A model generated the notes under the pieces. It did no database searches. It was given only the letters and a program-made list of their open reading frames with translations, and was not told where the DNA came from. A DNA stretch of 32,000 nt from an uncultured archaeon (lineage in GTDB: Archaea; Asgardarchaeota; Jordiarchaeia; Jordiarchaeales; Jordiarchaeaceae), in assembly GCA_964510585.1 (NCBI GenBank), contig CAZECW010000062.1, positions 47,525-79,524 on the forward strand, given 5' to 3'. Shown one piece after another: positions 9,249 to 17,896 of the stretch. Every line of letters begins with the position of its first letter. Position 1 is the first letter of the stretch. Position numbers and translations under genes: made by a program.

Positions 9249-10889
9249 ATGGAGAGACCGTGGTTTAAATCTTGGCCTAAGGATTTGCCGAAGTCACTTG
9301 ACTATCCTGAAGTTCCCATATTCACTTTTCTTGAGAACACAGCCAGAAGGGTACCAAAAAAGAAGGCAATAATTTTCTACGGATACGAAGTCACCTACGG
9401 AGAATTGAATGAGTGGAGTGACCGTTTCGCCAACGCGCTTGCCAGTATGGGTGTCAAAAAGGGGGATAGAGTAGGACTTTTCCTGGAGAATTGTCCACAG
9501 TTTATTGTTGCCTACTATGGTGCATTAAAGGCGGGCGCGATTCTGGTTCCCATAAACCCTATGTTTAAAGAGATGGAGGTGGAGAGTCAACTCAACGATT
9601 CGGGAACGGAAACACTGGTCACGCTAGATTTTCTCTATCCTACAATTAGAAATGTGAGGAAAAACACGAAACTGAGAAACATTATTGTAACAAGTTACAG
9701 AGACTTTTTGCCAGAAAAACCCACACTCCCCACGCACATATCCATGGAATATGAGAAGGAAAAATTTCCGGAAACCGTCGAGTTTACTGAACTCCTTAAA
9801 AAGTATGAGGCGAAGCCACCCAAGGTTAGTATCGAGCCTAAAGAGGATTTAGCCCTTCTCCAATACTCTTCAGGAACCACAGGTGAACCCAAGGCAGCAA
9901 TGATAACCCACTACAACGCTGTGGTAAACATTGTGGGCGGTGTGAAGTGGGCAAAAGTCGTAGAAGACGACATAGTGCTTTCTGTTTTGCCACTGTTCCA
10001 TGTTTTGGGAATGCAGCAAACCATGAACTGCTCAATATATATGGGAAACACTATAGTTCTTCTTTCACGTTTCGACTTGGAAGCAATACTGAAAGGCGTG
10101 GAGATGTACAAGTGCACCATTATGGTTAGTATAGCGCCCATAGATCAAGCCATCGCCACGTATCCCTACTCTAAAAATTATGACTTGAGCTCCCTTCGAC
10201 TCTGCGTGTCTGGAGGGGCACCGGTTCCACTGAGTGTTTTTGAAAAATTCAAAGAAGTAACAGGCTGCGAGTTACTTGAAGGGTACGGTCTCAGCGAAAC
10301 AATCTCCCAAGTCACCATTAACCCCCTTGATAGACCCAAACGTGGCTCAGTGGGAATCCCAGTATTCGACGTAGACGCTAAAATAGTGGACATAGAGACT
10401 GGCACCAGGGAGTTGGCACTGGGCGAGGAGGGAGAAATCATTTTTAAGGGGCCCCAAGTAATGAAGGGCTACTGGAACCAGCCTGAGTTAACCAAGGCCA
10501 CAATTCGGGACGGTTGGATTTATACTGGAGACATTGCCAAGATGGATGAGGACGGTTACATATACATTGTGGGACGAAAAAAGGAAATGCTCATAGTTTC
10601 CGGCTACAAGGTTTGGGCCGCTGAAGTCGAACAACTATTAAAGAAGCATCCAGCAGTATACCAGGCAGCCATAGTGGGAGTACCAGATCCCCAGCTAGGG
10701 GAGAGAGTCAAAGCATACGTGGTACTCAGACCAGACTACAAGGATAGAATAACTGAAGAAAAGCTCAAAGAGTGGGCTAAAAGAAAAATGGCAGACTACA
10801 AGTGTCCCAAAGAAATAGAGTTCGTAAACCAGCTGCCAAGAAGCGGGTCCGGAAAAATACTGAAAAGAATGCTAACCCACAAACCATAA
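9249..10889 (+). CDS. Long-chain-fatty-acid--CoA ligase family (ANL superfamily), paralog 2
   Basis: YSSGTTGEPKA, EGYGLSE, YTGDIA, GRKKEML, PRSGSGKILKR. Start refined to the ATG at 9249 (MERPWF) by parallel with paralog 1; the ATG at 9240 is also possible. Confidence 0.93.
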   Translation: MERPWFKSWPKDLPKSLDYPEVPIFTFLENTARRVPKKKAIIFYGYEVTYGELNEWSDRFANALASMGVKKGDRVGLFLENCPQFIVAYYGALKAGAILVPINPMFKEMEVESQLNDSGTETLVTLDFLYPTIRNVRKNTKLRNIIVTSYRDFLPEKPTLPTHISMEYEKEKFPETVEFTELLKKYEAKPPKVSIEPKEDLALLQYSSGTTGEPKAAMITHYNAVVNIVGGVKWAKVVEDDIVLSVLPLFHVLGMQQTMNCSIYMGNTIVLLSRFDLEAILKGVEMYKCTIMVSIAPIDQAIATYPYSKNYDLSSLRLCVSGGAPVPLSVFEKFKEVTGCELLEGYGLSETISQVTINPLDRPKRGSVGIPVFDVDAKIVDIETGTRELALGEEGEIIFKGPQVMKGYWNQPELTKATIRDGWIYTGDIAKMDEDGYIYIVGRKKEMLIVSGYKVWAAEVEQLLKKHPAVYQAAIVGVPDPQLGERVKAYVVLRPDYKDRITEEKLKEWAKRKMADYKCPKEIEFVNQLPRSGSGKILKRMLTHKP

Positions 10890-11061
10890 AACAATACAAT
10901 CGTTCCCACCAAACCGACTTAAGCGTCTCCAAAGATTTTTTATAAAAGATTCATCAAATTCCAAATTTTTTAGTCGCCATTAAAGTTCCTTGCAGAAGTT
11001 TTTAAGTAAGTTTGAGGTTAAAATCTTAAAGCAAAAACTGCTTGAGAAGGAGGACTGTATT

Positions 11062-12243
11062 TTGAGTCAAAGAAAGTATGGTTTCTCAACCCGTTGTGTA
11101 AGAGGCGGTGAAACTCCAGACCCTGTTACTGGCTCTGTTGTTACCCCCATACATCAAACCTCAACTTTTCATTTTGAAAACATGGATGAGGTTCGCTCAG
11201 TAGAAGAGGGATTAAAGGAAGGTTACACTTACACAAGATGGGGCAATCCGACTCAGACCGTAGCTGAAAGAAAATTGGCGGCTATTGAGGGAGGCGAGGA
11301 TGCTCTTTTGGTATCCTCAGGCATGGCTGCTGTGAGCACCACCATTCTGAGCCTAGTTCAAGCCGGTGAAGAAGTCATAGCCACCCGCACACTTTATGGC
11401 GGCACACTCCACCTTTTCCAAAGTCTTCTGCCAAGAATGGGAATAAAGGTACACTTTGTAGACAGTGAGAATGTGAGTCAAGCTGAAAAACTGGTTAATG
11501 AAAAAACAAAAGTAATCTACTTTGAAACCCCAACTAATCCAACCCTCAGCCTTGTAGATATAGCTGAAGCGGTAAGAATCGCAAAAGAAAACAATTTAAC
11601 CTCAGTGATTGACAACACGTTCGCCACCCCCTACAATCAACACCCACTAGAAATGGGAGTGGATGTAGTGATACACAGCGCAACAAAATATTTGGCTGGT
11701 CACGACGACGTAACCGCGGGAGTAATAATTGGGAAAAGATTATTCTGCGCCCTAGCTAGGGCGGTGATGGTGCACATGGGAAGCTGCATCGACCCCTTCG
11801 CCGCCTACCTTCTAATAAGAGGCCTAAAAACACTAGATGTAAGAATGGAAAGACATAACAAAAATGCGCTGGAAGTGGCAAGATTCCTTGAAAACCACAA
11901 AAAGATTAACAGGGTATACTATCCGGGGCTGGAAAGCCACCCCCAACACCAGCTGGCGAAGCGGCAGATGAGCGGGTTCGGCGGAATGGTAACATTCGAC
12001 GTAAAAGGCGGAATGGAGGCAGCAATAAACGTTATAGACAGATTCCAGCTCATCCTAAGAGCAGTAAGCCTAGGGGGAGTACAGTCACTAGCCTGCATGC
12101 CCGTGTTAACCTCACACATAGGACACCCCCCAGAAGAACTGGCAAAAGCAGGAATAACCATGGGAATGATAAGACTATCGGTAGGAATAGAGAACGCAGA
12201 AGACATAATCCAAGACCTAGACCAAGCATTATCAGCCATATAG
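11062..12243 (+). CDS. Cys/Met metabolism PLP-dependent enzyme (methionine gamma-lyase / cystathionine gamma-synthase family)
   Basis: YTRWGNPT, SSGMAA, FETPTNP, DNTFATP, HSATKYLAGH (PLP lysine), AVSLGGVQSL, IRLSVGIE. Start refined to the TTG at 11062 after AGGAGG. Confidence 0.92.
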   Translation: MSQRKYGFSTRCVRGGETPDPVTGSVVTPIHQTSTFHFENMDEVRSVEEGLKEGYTYTRWGNPTQTVAERKLAAIEGGEDALLVSSGMAAVSTTILSLVQAGEEVIATRTLYGGTLHLFQSLLPRMGIKVHFVDSENVSQAEKLVNEKTKVIYFETPTNPTLSLVDIAEAVRIAKENNLTSVIDNTFATPYNQHPLEMGVDVVIHSATKYLAGHDDVTAGVIIGKRLFCALARAVMVHMGSCIDPFAAYLLIRGLKTLDVRMERHNKNALEVARFLENHKKINRVYYPGLESHPQHQLAKRQMSGFGGMVTFDVKGGMEAAINVIDRFQLILRAVSLGGVQSLACMPVLTSHIGHPPEELAKAGITMGMIRLSVGIENAEDIIQDLDQALSAI

Positions 12244-12878
12244 CAACAAAAAACTCTAGGTTACATAAAGACATTTCAATTTGCATGGTACACATAGTTA
12301 CAAAGAGGAATAATAAAGGCCAAAATTACCATTTCTTCAAGAATTTCTCAAGAAGGTGAAATGCGTCCCTAAAAATTGATGTATGTGAGGAGTTTTGGAA
12401 GTCAGAATCCCTGGATAACTTTTTGGTAATAGAAAAGGAGAAAAGGATACTTGAACTGTTAAGTGAGGGAAAATGTTTTTGTTAAAGGCGTATAGAAATT
12501 AGGAGTATTTCCGTATGATATTTTGCGCATTTAGCAAGGGAAGAAGACATTGTATGGGTAAGATCCGAAAAATGATTAGAGAAGAATGACGTTTGTGTTA
12601 AAAAAAAGGTAAAGTAACCCTCCCCTCTAGGTCTAGAGTACTATTTCCAGTTTTGTATTCGTCGGGTTCATATTTATATTTTGCTTGGGTTCTAGGAGAA
12701 ACCTTGTATTGATTATGTGGCTGGGTGCTTGTGTGGTTGTTCGGCGTTCTCAAAAAAAGGGGACATCATAATGTTTCTTTTCCAAAATTTAGAGCCTAAA
12801 AGGACAAGGATGCAGGTACCCTAAACCGCCTGAAAAAAGGCAAACCACATAAAAGCAAGGTCTCGTTCCAGGAAATAT

Positions 12879-13574
12879 TTAGACGCTGAATATTCTTCCT
12901 CTACATTCGAGTTCGTCGTATTTCTCTAGTTTGTAGTCGAATTTTTTCTTTGTGATGATTTCTGAAACAGCGACATGAGTTATCAGAGATACGCATTCTT
13001 CGCCTCCGATCATACGTGATATTCTTTCCCTCGTAAAGGCTTTGCAGGCATCTCTGAAGGGGCATCTTTCATCCAGTATCATGACTATTTGATTATTTTC
13101 CTCCTTGAGGAAGCGTTCCGGATAAGCTGTTTTGATTGCCTTCGATATGTTCTCAAACTTATCTATAGCTTCGAATGCGTCTTCGGTGGATCCAATTAAA
13201 CCATTTAGTAAGCCACTACTGTGGAGTATGGATTTTATGGCATGAAAGGCGGCTCTTCTTGCTCCTGCTCCTGTAGATCCCTGAAGTTTACTTTCCGCCT
13301 TGGCTATGCCGTAAATTAAGGCGCAGTATCCTTGGGGATACCTATCCAGATTTTGTAGAATATAGTTTGTAACATCTTCCAATCCTTGAATGTTCTCGGG
13401 TGGCTCTTCCTTCAACTTCTCTGCCTCAAACTCCAGCGCGTATTTTGACGCCATCCTTTTGAAAATGGGGCCGTATATTTTCGCTGTCTCTTCTATCGCA
13501 CCTTTTATGAAAAGTACATAACTTTTTCTATCCGGCTCGCTTTCCACAATAATCTCATTTTTGCCTCCAAGCAC
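12879..13574 (-). CDS. Hypothetical protein with a C-terminal V4R/methanogen-output-like Cys-containing domain
   Basis: 231 aa, GTG start after GGGTGGT; the C-terminal half has RCPFRDAC...EECVSL...ECRGRI on a V4R-like strand pattern. Confidence 0.6.
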   Translation of the reverse strand: MLGGKNEIIVESEPDRKSYVLFIKGAIEETAKIYGPIFKRMASKYALEFEAEKLKEEPPENIQGLEDVTNYILQNLDRYPQGYCALIYGIAKAESKLQGSTGAGARRAAFHAIKSILHSSGLLNGLIGSTEDAFEAIDKFENISKAIKTAYPERFLKEENNQIVMILDERCPFRDACKAFTRERISRMIGGEECVSLITHVAVSEIITKKKFDYKLEKYDELECRGRIFSV

Positions 13575-13994
13575 TAAAATACCACCCTTCTCACATTAAA
13601 TGAATTAAATAATCCTTTGCTTTATTCTGTTGTTGAAGTAATACTTAAGTTTTACTATTAATAGAAGTATATAAATAACTGCTATAAAATTAGGTATTAA
13701 ATTAATATTGAAAGAAATGGAAAAGTAAAATAATTTTGATTTAAAAATAAAACTACTAGCGGAATCTTAAATTATTCACATAACACCACTTATTTAAATG
13801 ACTCCATTAGGAAACACCAAGGCCCAAAAAATAGTTTTAAGCTTCAACTGAGCCCCATGAAAACTCATTGGAAAAAAGGAGAAATATGGGATTGATTAAA
13901 GACCACACATAGAAGCCATAAGTGAAATCAAAAGGAGGTCTCACAAAGCGATCTGCACAAAAAGTTTCGACGCCTAAAAGTATATTTGAACTAA

Positions 13995-14537
13995 TTATGG
14001 ATTATAATTTAATCTCTCCTTTTTGAGGGAGAAATTTATTTCGCACACATCATCGCCCTTTACTAGGCTCTTTCGAATATGGACATCTGCTTTCAAACCA
14101 CATGCTTCCGCCCATCCTCGGCTCTATTGTAACAGGCGTACTGGTATAAATTGAGGATTCCCGCCTTCTTGGTGCCCTCATAACTGGGAAATTTTAATTC
14201 TGTAGATCCAAGTGGTGTCGTTCTCTCTAGTTAGTCCTTTTATTTCAAACACGTCTTTTGTGTAAAGGTCTGACACTGCTTCAATTATTTCAAAAAAATG
14301 TTCTGAAACCCATTTTTGGTCAATGTGGAGTGCACCCAGTAAACGCTTCATTTCCGATTTCTCTATAGATTTGTTGACCGGCAGGTTCAGCTTATTGGCT
14401 ACGTCAAAACCCACTTCCTTTGCGGTGTAAAAGAACCATCCACCATCATGAGACCACCAGTTTATCCGGAGAATTTTCTCCCTTTCCTCCGCAGAAATTC
14501 GATCTATTAAAGGCGAGTTTTCCCTCCTTAAATACAT
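13995..14537 (-). pseudogene. DUF6125-like (V4R/ATC-hydrolase-type fold) pseudogene with two frameshifts
   Basis: WWSHDGGWFF motif in the track ORF. The reading continues after a frameshift near 14190 (FPSYEGTKKAGILNLYQYACYNRAE) and a second near 14115 (WAEACGLKADVHIRKSLVKGDDVCEINFSLKKERLNYNP*), stopping at 13995-13997. Confidence 0.7.
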
Positions 14538-14601
14538 TTATTTCCAAATCGTGTGGCCGCGTTCCATAGTGTGGTGAATGTATTTTTAATTTACACTCAT
14601 T

Positions 14602-15111
14602 CTATTTTCTAAGGATTGAGGGTATTTCTTTTCTGCATTTTCCGCATATTCTCGCTCCTCTGAATGCTAAGGTGCCACATTCTCGACATGACCAATTGTG
14701 CTCTTCCCATTCAACCCATTCTTTATCGGTCCGCTCCCTTCTGGCGGGAATGGATTTAAGCATGTATTCTCCGGCGAGCGGGAATGGAAAATTGGTGACC
14801 TTTTCGCAGGGCCACTCGGTACACTGGTGGCACCCTGAAAGTCCTTTTGATAGAACACATTCTCTGATTAGGCAGGAATCGCAGTAAACAAATTTGTTGT
14901 CCGATGAACATCCGTCACACTTGATTTGTTCGGGTTCAGTCAAATAACTCTGGGCTAACTTCTGCTTTAATTTCTCAATATTATTCTTATCGGCATAGTA
15001 AATGCCACACACGCCGCAGCACAAACCACAGGGAGCCAATAATTTAATATTTACACTCGCTTTACTCACTCCGTGATAATTTAAAGAACCAATTTTTTCT
15101 TTTTGCACCAA
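14602..15111 (-). CDS. DUF3795-family Cys-rich protein with a C-terminal zinc-ribbon-like motif
   Basis: APCGLCCGVC...CDGCSS...CDSCLIREC...CHQCTEWPC, plus CRECG...CGKC at the C-terminus. The true start may be a downstream GTG. Confidence 0.8.
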   Translation of the reverse strand: MVQKEKIGSLNYHGVSKASVNIKLLAPCGLCCGVCGIYYADKNNIEKLKQKLAQSYLTEPEQIKCDGCSSDNKFVYCDSCLIRECVLSKGLSGCHQCTEWPCEKVTNFPFPLAGEYMLKSIPARRERTDKEWVEWEEHNWSCRECGTLAFRGARICGKCRKEIPSILRK

Positions 15112-15149
15112 TTGTTGAGTTTAATGTAATAGTTATTCTTCAAGCCTCG

Positions 15150-15899
15150 TTAAAGTCCGGGAAAGGCTGGGGGCATTCTCAGGGGTATTGGAATCGGATA
15201 TTTTACCACTCTTTGACTTTTCATGCCGGATATTATTTCTTGGGCCTTCGCTGCGGGGATTGCGAATAGAATTTCATCGTCACTTGTGAGGGCGAAGGCT
15301 CGGTCTCCGGTTCCTGGTATCACCACTTGGTACTCGCCCGTTTTGAATGCTCGTAGGAATCCTCCATTACAGGAGCCTGCGAGTCCTGCGAACATGCTTT
15401 TCAGTGCTTTACCTTCCTTATAGACTGTTCCTTGGATGAGACGCATAATCTGTGCAGAGTTCCCATAAACCAGAATCACATCGGGAATAATTCTTGTGCG
15501 TGTTAATGGGGATATAACTACTCCGCAGTACTTGCCGGGTTCTAAGCTTTCTAGGTTATTGTCGAGTGTTTTTGCTGCGGCTTCGCTGGATACGTATCCT
15601 GCTCCTATGTAGAACTGTAACATTTGGGATTGGTCAGCGATTTTTTGCCAACCGAATTTTATGCTCGCTCCTGGGCATCCGCTATCTTCGCCTGTTACTC
15701 CCATAGTCCATCCATATCTGCGGCTAATCGTGAATGCTTGGCATACTGCAATTTTTTGCTCGGGTCTTCTTGTTCCCTCTGGAAATTCGGAAGCGTCCTT
15801 CACCAATTTTACTGCTAGGGGATAGGTGTGAGGCCTCAGTAACTCCTCTAGGGTTCTTCCAACATTTCTCCAATTTTCCAAGTTGGTATCAACACTCAT
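15150..15899 (-). CDS. DUF169-family protein
   Basis: YPLAVKL, VCQAFTISRRYG, GCPGA..FG, PDVILVYGNSAQIMRL, GSC.G, PGTGDRAFA, DDEILFAIP. Confidence 0.85.
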   Translation of the reverse strand: MSVDTNLENWRNVGRTLEELLRPHTYPLAVKLVKDASEFPEGTRRPEQKIAVCQAFTISRRYGWTMGVTGEDSGCPGASIKFGWQKIADQSQMLQFYIGAGYVSSEAAAKTLDNNLESLEPGKYCGVVISPLTRTRIIPDVILVYGNSAQIMRLIQGTVYKEGKALKSMFAGLAGSCNGGFLRAFKTGEYQVVIPGTGDRAFALTSDDEILFAIPAAKAQEIISGMKSQRVVKYPIPIPLRMPPAFPGL

Positions 15900-16016
15900 A
15901 GCATCACGCCCTATTCAGATTGGTGAATTACCTTGCACCCATGAAATATATAAATTTATTGAATTTACTATATATTTATATAGTACTATAGCCAAATATA
16001 GCGTCGGAGAATAAAG

Positions 16017-16799
16017 ATGAGCAAAACTGAGAAAAGAATCGCGGAAATCGCGGAAAAATTGGTAGAAATTAACAGAAACATCACAAATTTACAAGACCTC
16101 ATTCTCAGCATGAAAACCACACTTGAAACAGTGACCAGAAGAGAAATTGAAAGTGAGTGTCTAGCCAAATTAACCCTCGAAACAAACGAAAACATAGAAA
16201 AGTTCCTAAGGGAGAGGAACCCAAAATGCAGCGTTAGGGATTGGTGCGCTAGGAGAGTTGAAAAAGCAGCCTCCATGGTACTCCTTGCTTTTATGGAGCA
16301 GGGAATCAAATCCGCAATTGAGCAGGTAAAATACCATGTTAACGCCGCCACCAGGCATTATAGTGAGATAAAATGCCCCGATGAAGCGTGTTTCAAAAAC
16401 GCCATTAACACATTTAAAAGCCTAGGAGAAATATTGGAAGCCTCCAGCGAAGAGTCTACAAAGCTTACCAAGAATGTCTATTCACCTAAGAGTAAAGCTA
16501 GTTTCGTGGAGATTGGAGAGGAGGAAATATGCGAACTGTTGGCACCCCTATCCAATGTAACGCGTCTAAAGATTCTCAAAAACTTGGAAAAAGGTGGAAA
16601 GAATTTTGCCCAGTTAGAACGCCAAATCGGCATAAGGGGAGGTCACCTGCAGTTCCACCTAAATAGCCTCATTCAAGCAGGATACGTTAACCAAGAGAAA
16701 CCCCAAGGCAAATACTTGATCACCATAAGGGGACTAAAAGCTCTAAGATTCTCATACGCACTAAGAGAGGCGATCGAAGGAGGCCAGACTTCCACTTAA
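16017..16799 (+). CDS. ArsR/winged-helix transcriptional regulator with an N-terminal helical, Cys-containing domain
   Basis: C-terminal LAPLSNVTRLKILKNL...FAQLERQIGIRGGHLQFHLNSLIQAGYV...YLITIRG wHTH; N-terminal EC...KCSVRDWC...KCPDEAC; divergent from DUF169. Confidence 0.85.
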   Translation: MSKTEKRIAEIAEKLVEINRNITNLQDLILSMKTTLETVTRREIESECLAKLTLETNENIEKFLRERNPKCSVRDWCARRVEKAASMVLLAFMEQGIKSAIEQVKYHVNAATRHYSEIKCPDEACFKNAINTFKSLGEILEASSEESTKLTKNVYSPKSKASFVEIGEEEICELLAPLSNVTRLKILKNLEKGGKNFAQLERQIGIRGGHLQFHLNSLIQAGYVNQEKPQGKYLITIRGLKALRFSYALREAIEGGQTST

Positions 16800-17012
16800 A
16801 CAGAAATTGTGAAACTTGCATTTTTGGCAGTTTAAGCCTCGCCGAAAAATTTGGACATAATAAGTTCCTTTTTGGCATATGGAACCTTTGTCTTTGTTTG
16901 TAGGCAGCGTGCAAATAAGCCTTCTTTTCAGTATTCTCCAGCCTATTATTAGAGTTGGAAAAAAATTACCTGTAACCAAACACTAAAGGGAAGAGTTATT
17001 ATATGGCGCCCG

Positions 17013-17039
17013 AACATTTTTTTTGAAAATGTTTATATA
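17013..17039 (+). promoter_or_regulatory. Putative TATA box (TTTATATA, 17032-17039) of ssb with an overlapping 8-bp inverted repeat
   Basis: AACATTTT-N5-AAAATGTT at 17013-17033 overlaps the BRE position and the start of TTTATATA, about 100 bp upstream of the ssb start. Confidence 0.4.
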
Positions 17040-17140
17040 TGAGGGCTACGGGGCTATTAGCAATAGAAAAATTACTGAAGCCATTTTTTGGCTTTCGGCT
17101 TTTTTTCTATTTTAAAGTTTGTTTAGAAAGATGAGTAGAA

Positions 17141-17617
17141 ATGGAATCACAAGATTTAGTTGTTGAGAATTTAAGACCAGGTCTTAAGAGTGTAAATTTA
17201 AAATTCAAATGCGCGTCTTTAAATGAAGAGAGACAAGTTGTATCAAGACAGAGCGGTGAGACTAACAGGGTCACTGAAGCCTTGGTGGGCGATAGTTCAG
17301 GAAGCATTCTTTTAACCCTCTGGAATGACGACATTGACAAAGTGGAAGAGGGCCACGTTTATAAGCTGAGTAACGGTTACACCAGCGTTTTTAAAGGCTC
17401 TTTGAGATTGAATGTTGGTAGGTACGGTAGCCTCGAGGAAGTCGAGGGCGGCGAAGATATAGAGATAAACAATGAAAATAATCTCTCAGACAAGGTTTAC
17501 GAGCAAGAACAGAGATACAAGCCAAGGTATGGCGACACAGGCTCCAGATATGGATCCAGACCATACCGTAGAGATAGGTCTCATAGTAGAGATAGGGGTA
17601 GTAGAAGAGGATACTAA
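17141..17617 (+). CDS. ssb: Single-stranded DNA-binding protein, single OB fold (crenarchaeal SSB/RPA-like) with a basic low-complexity tail
   Basis: V.NL.PG..SVNL...EA.VGD.SG.I.LTLW....V.EG....L.NGYT..FKG...LN.G pattern matches Sulfolobus-type SSB. Confidence 0.88.
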   Translation: MESQDLVVENLRPGLKSVNLKFKCASLNEERQVVSRQSGETNRVTEALVGDSSGSILLTLWNDDIDKVEEGHVYKLSNGYTSVFKGSLRLNVGRYGSLEEVEGGEDIEINNENNLSDKVYEQEQRYKPRYGDTGSRYGSRPYRRDRSHSRDRGSRRGY

Positions 17618-17896
17618 TTATTAATAATCCACTGTTCCACCCTAGATACGATAATACGTGCTTGAGGTAGGGGAATGGGATATTAATTAAATCTCTTCCT
17701 CCCCTTTTTTGGTTCTGAGTAAAAATTTTTTCATTCCAATTTTTTATTTTTGGGTTAAACTTTACTTTCATAGCCCATTATAAGCGTTCTATCGCTAGAA
17801 GTGTTTCTAATAGAAATTTATTTTTTTAAGAGTGTTTTATTGAGATACTAGAAAGATGACATGATCTTTGGGAAACTATAAGGGTGGAAGGAATCA

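Noticed and set aside
12361-12620. Possible degraded small gene after AAGGTGA-ATG (...EKEKRILELLSEGK...) with a wHTH-like flavour
   Set aside because: Multiple stops in all frames and too little similarity to assign without a search.
16761-16979. Minus-strand ORF with CQKCKFHNFC resembling a Cas4/AddB C-terminal Cys motif
   Set aside because: Short, overlaps the regulator's 3' end, and has no nuclease motifs or cas context.
17787-17816. Two TTCTA..TAGAA palindromes upstream of the radical SAM gene (similar inverted repeat at 6323-6351)
   Set aside because: Spacers are inconsistent (4, 1 and 15 nt) and the sequence is AT-rich, so chance is likely.
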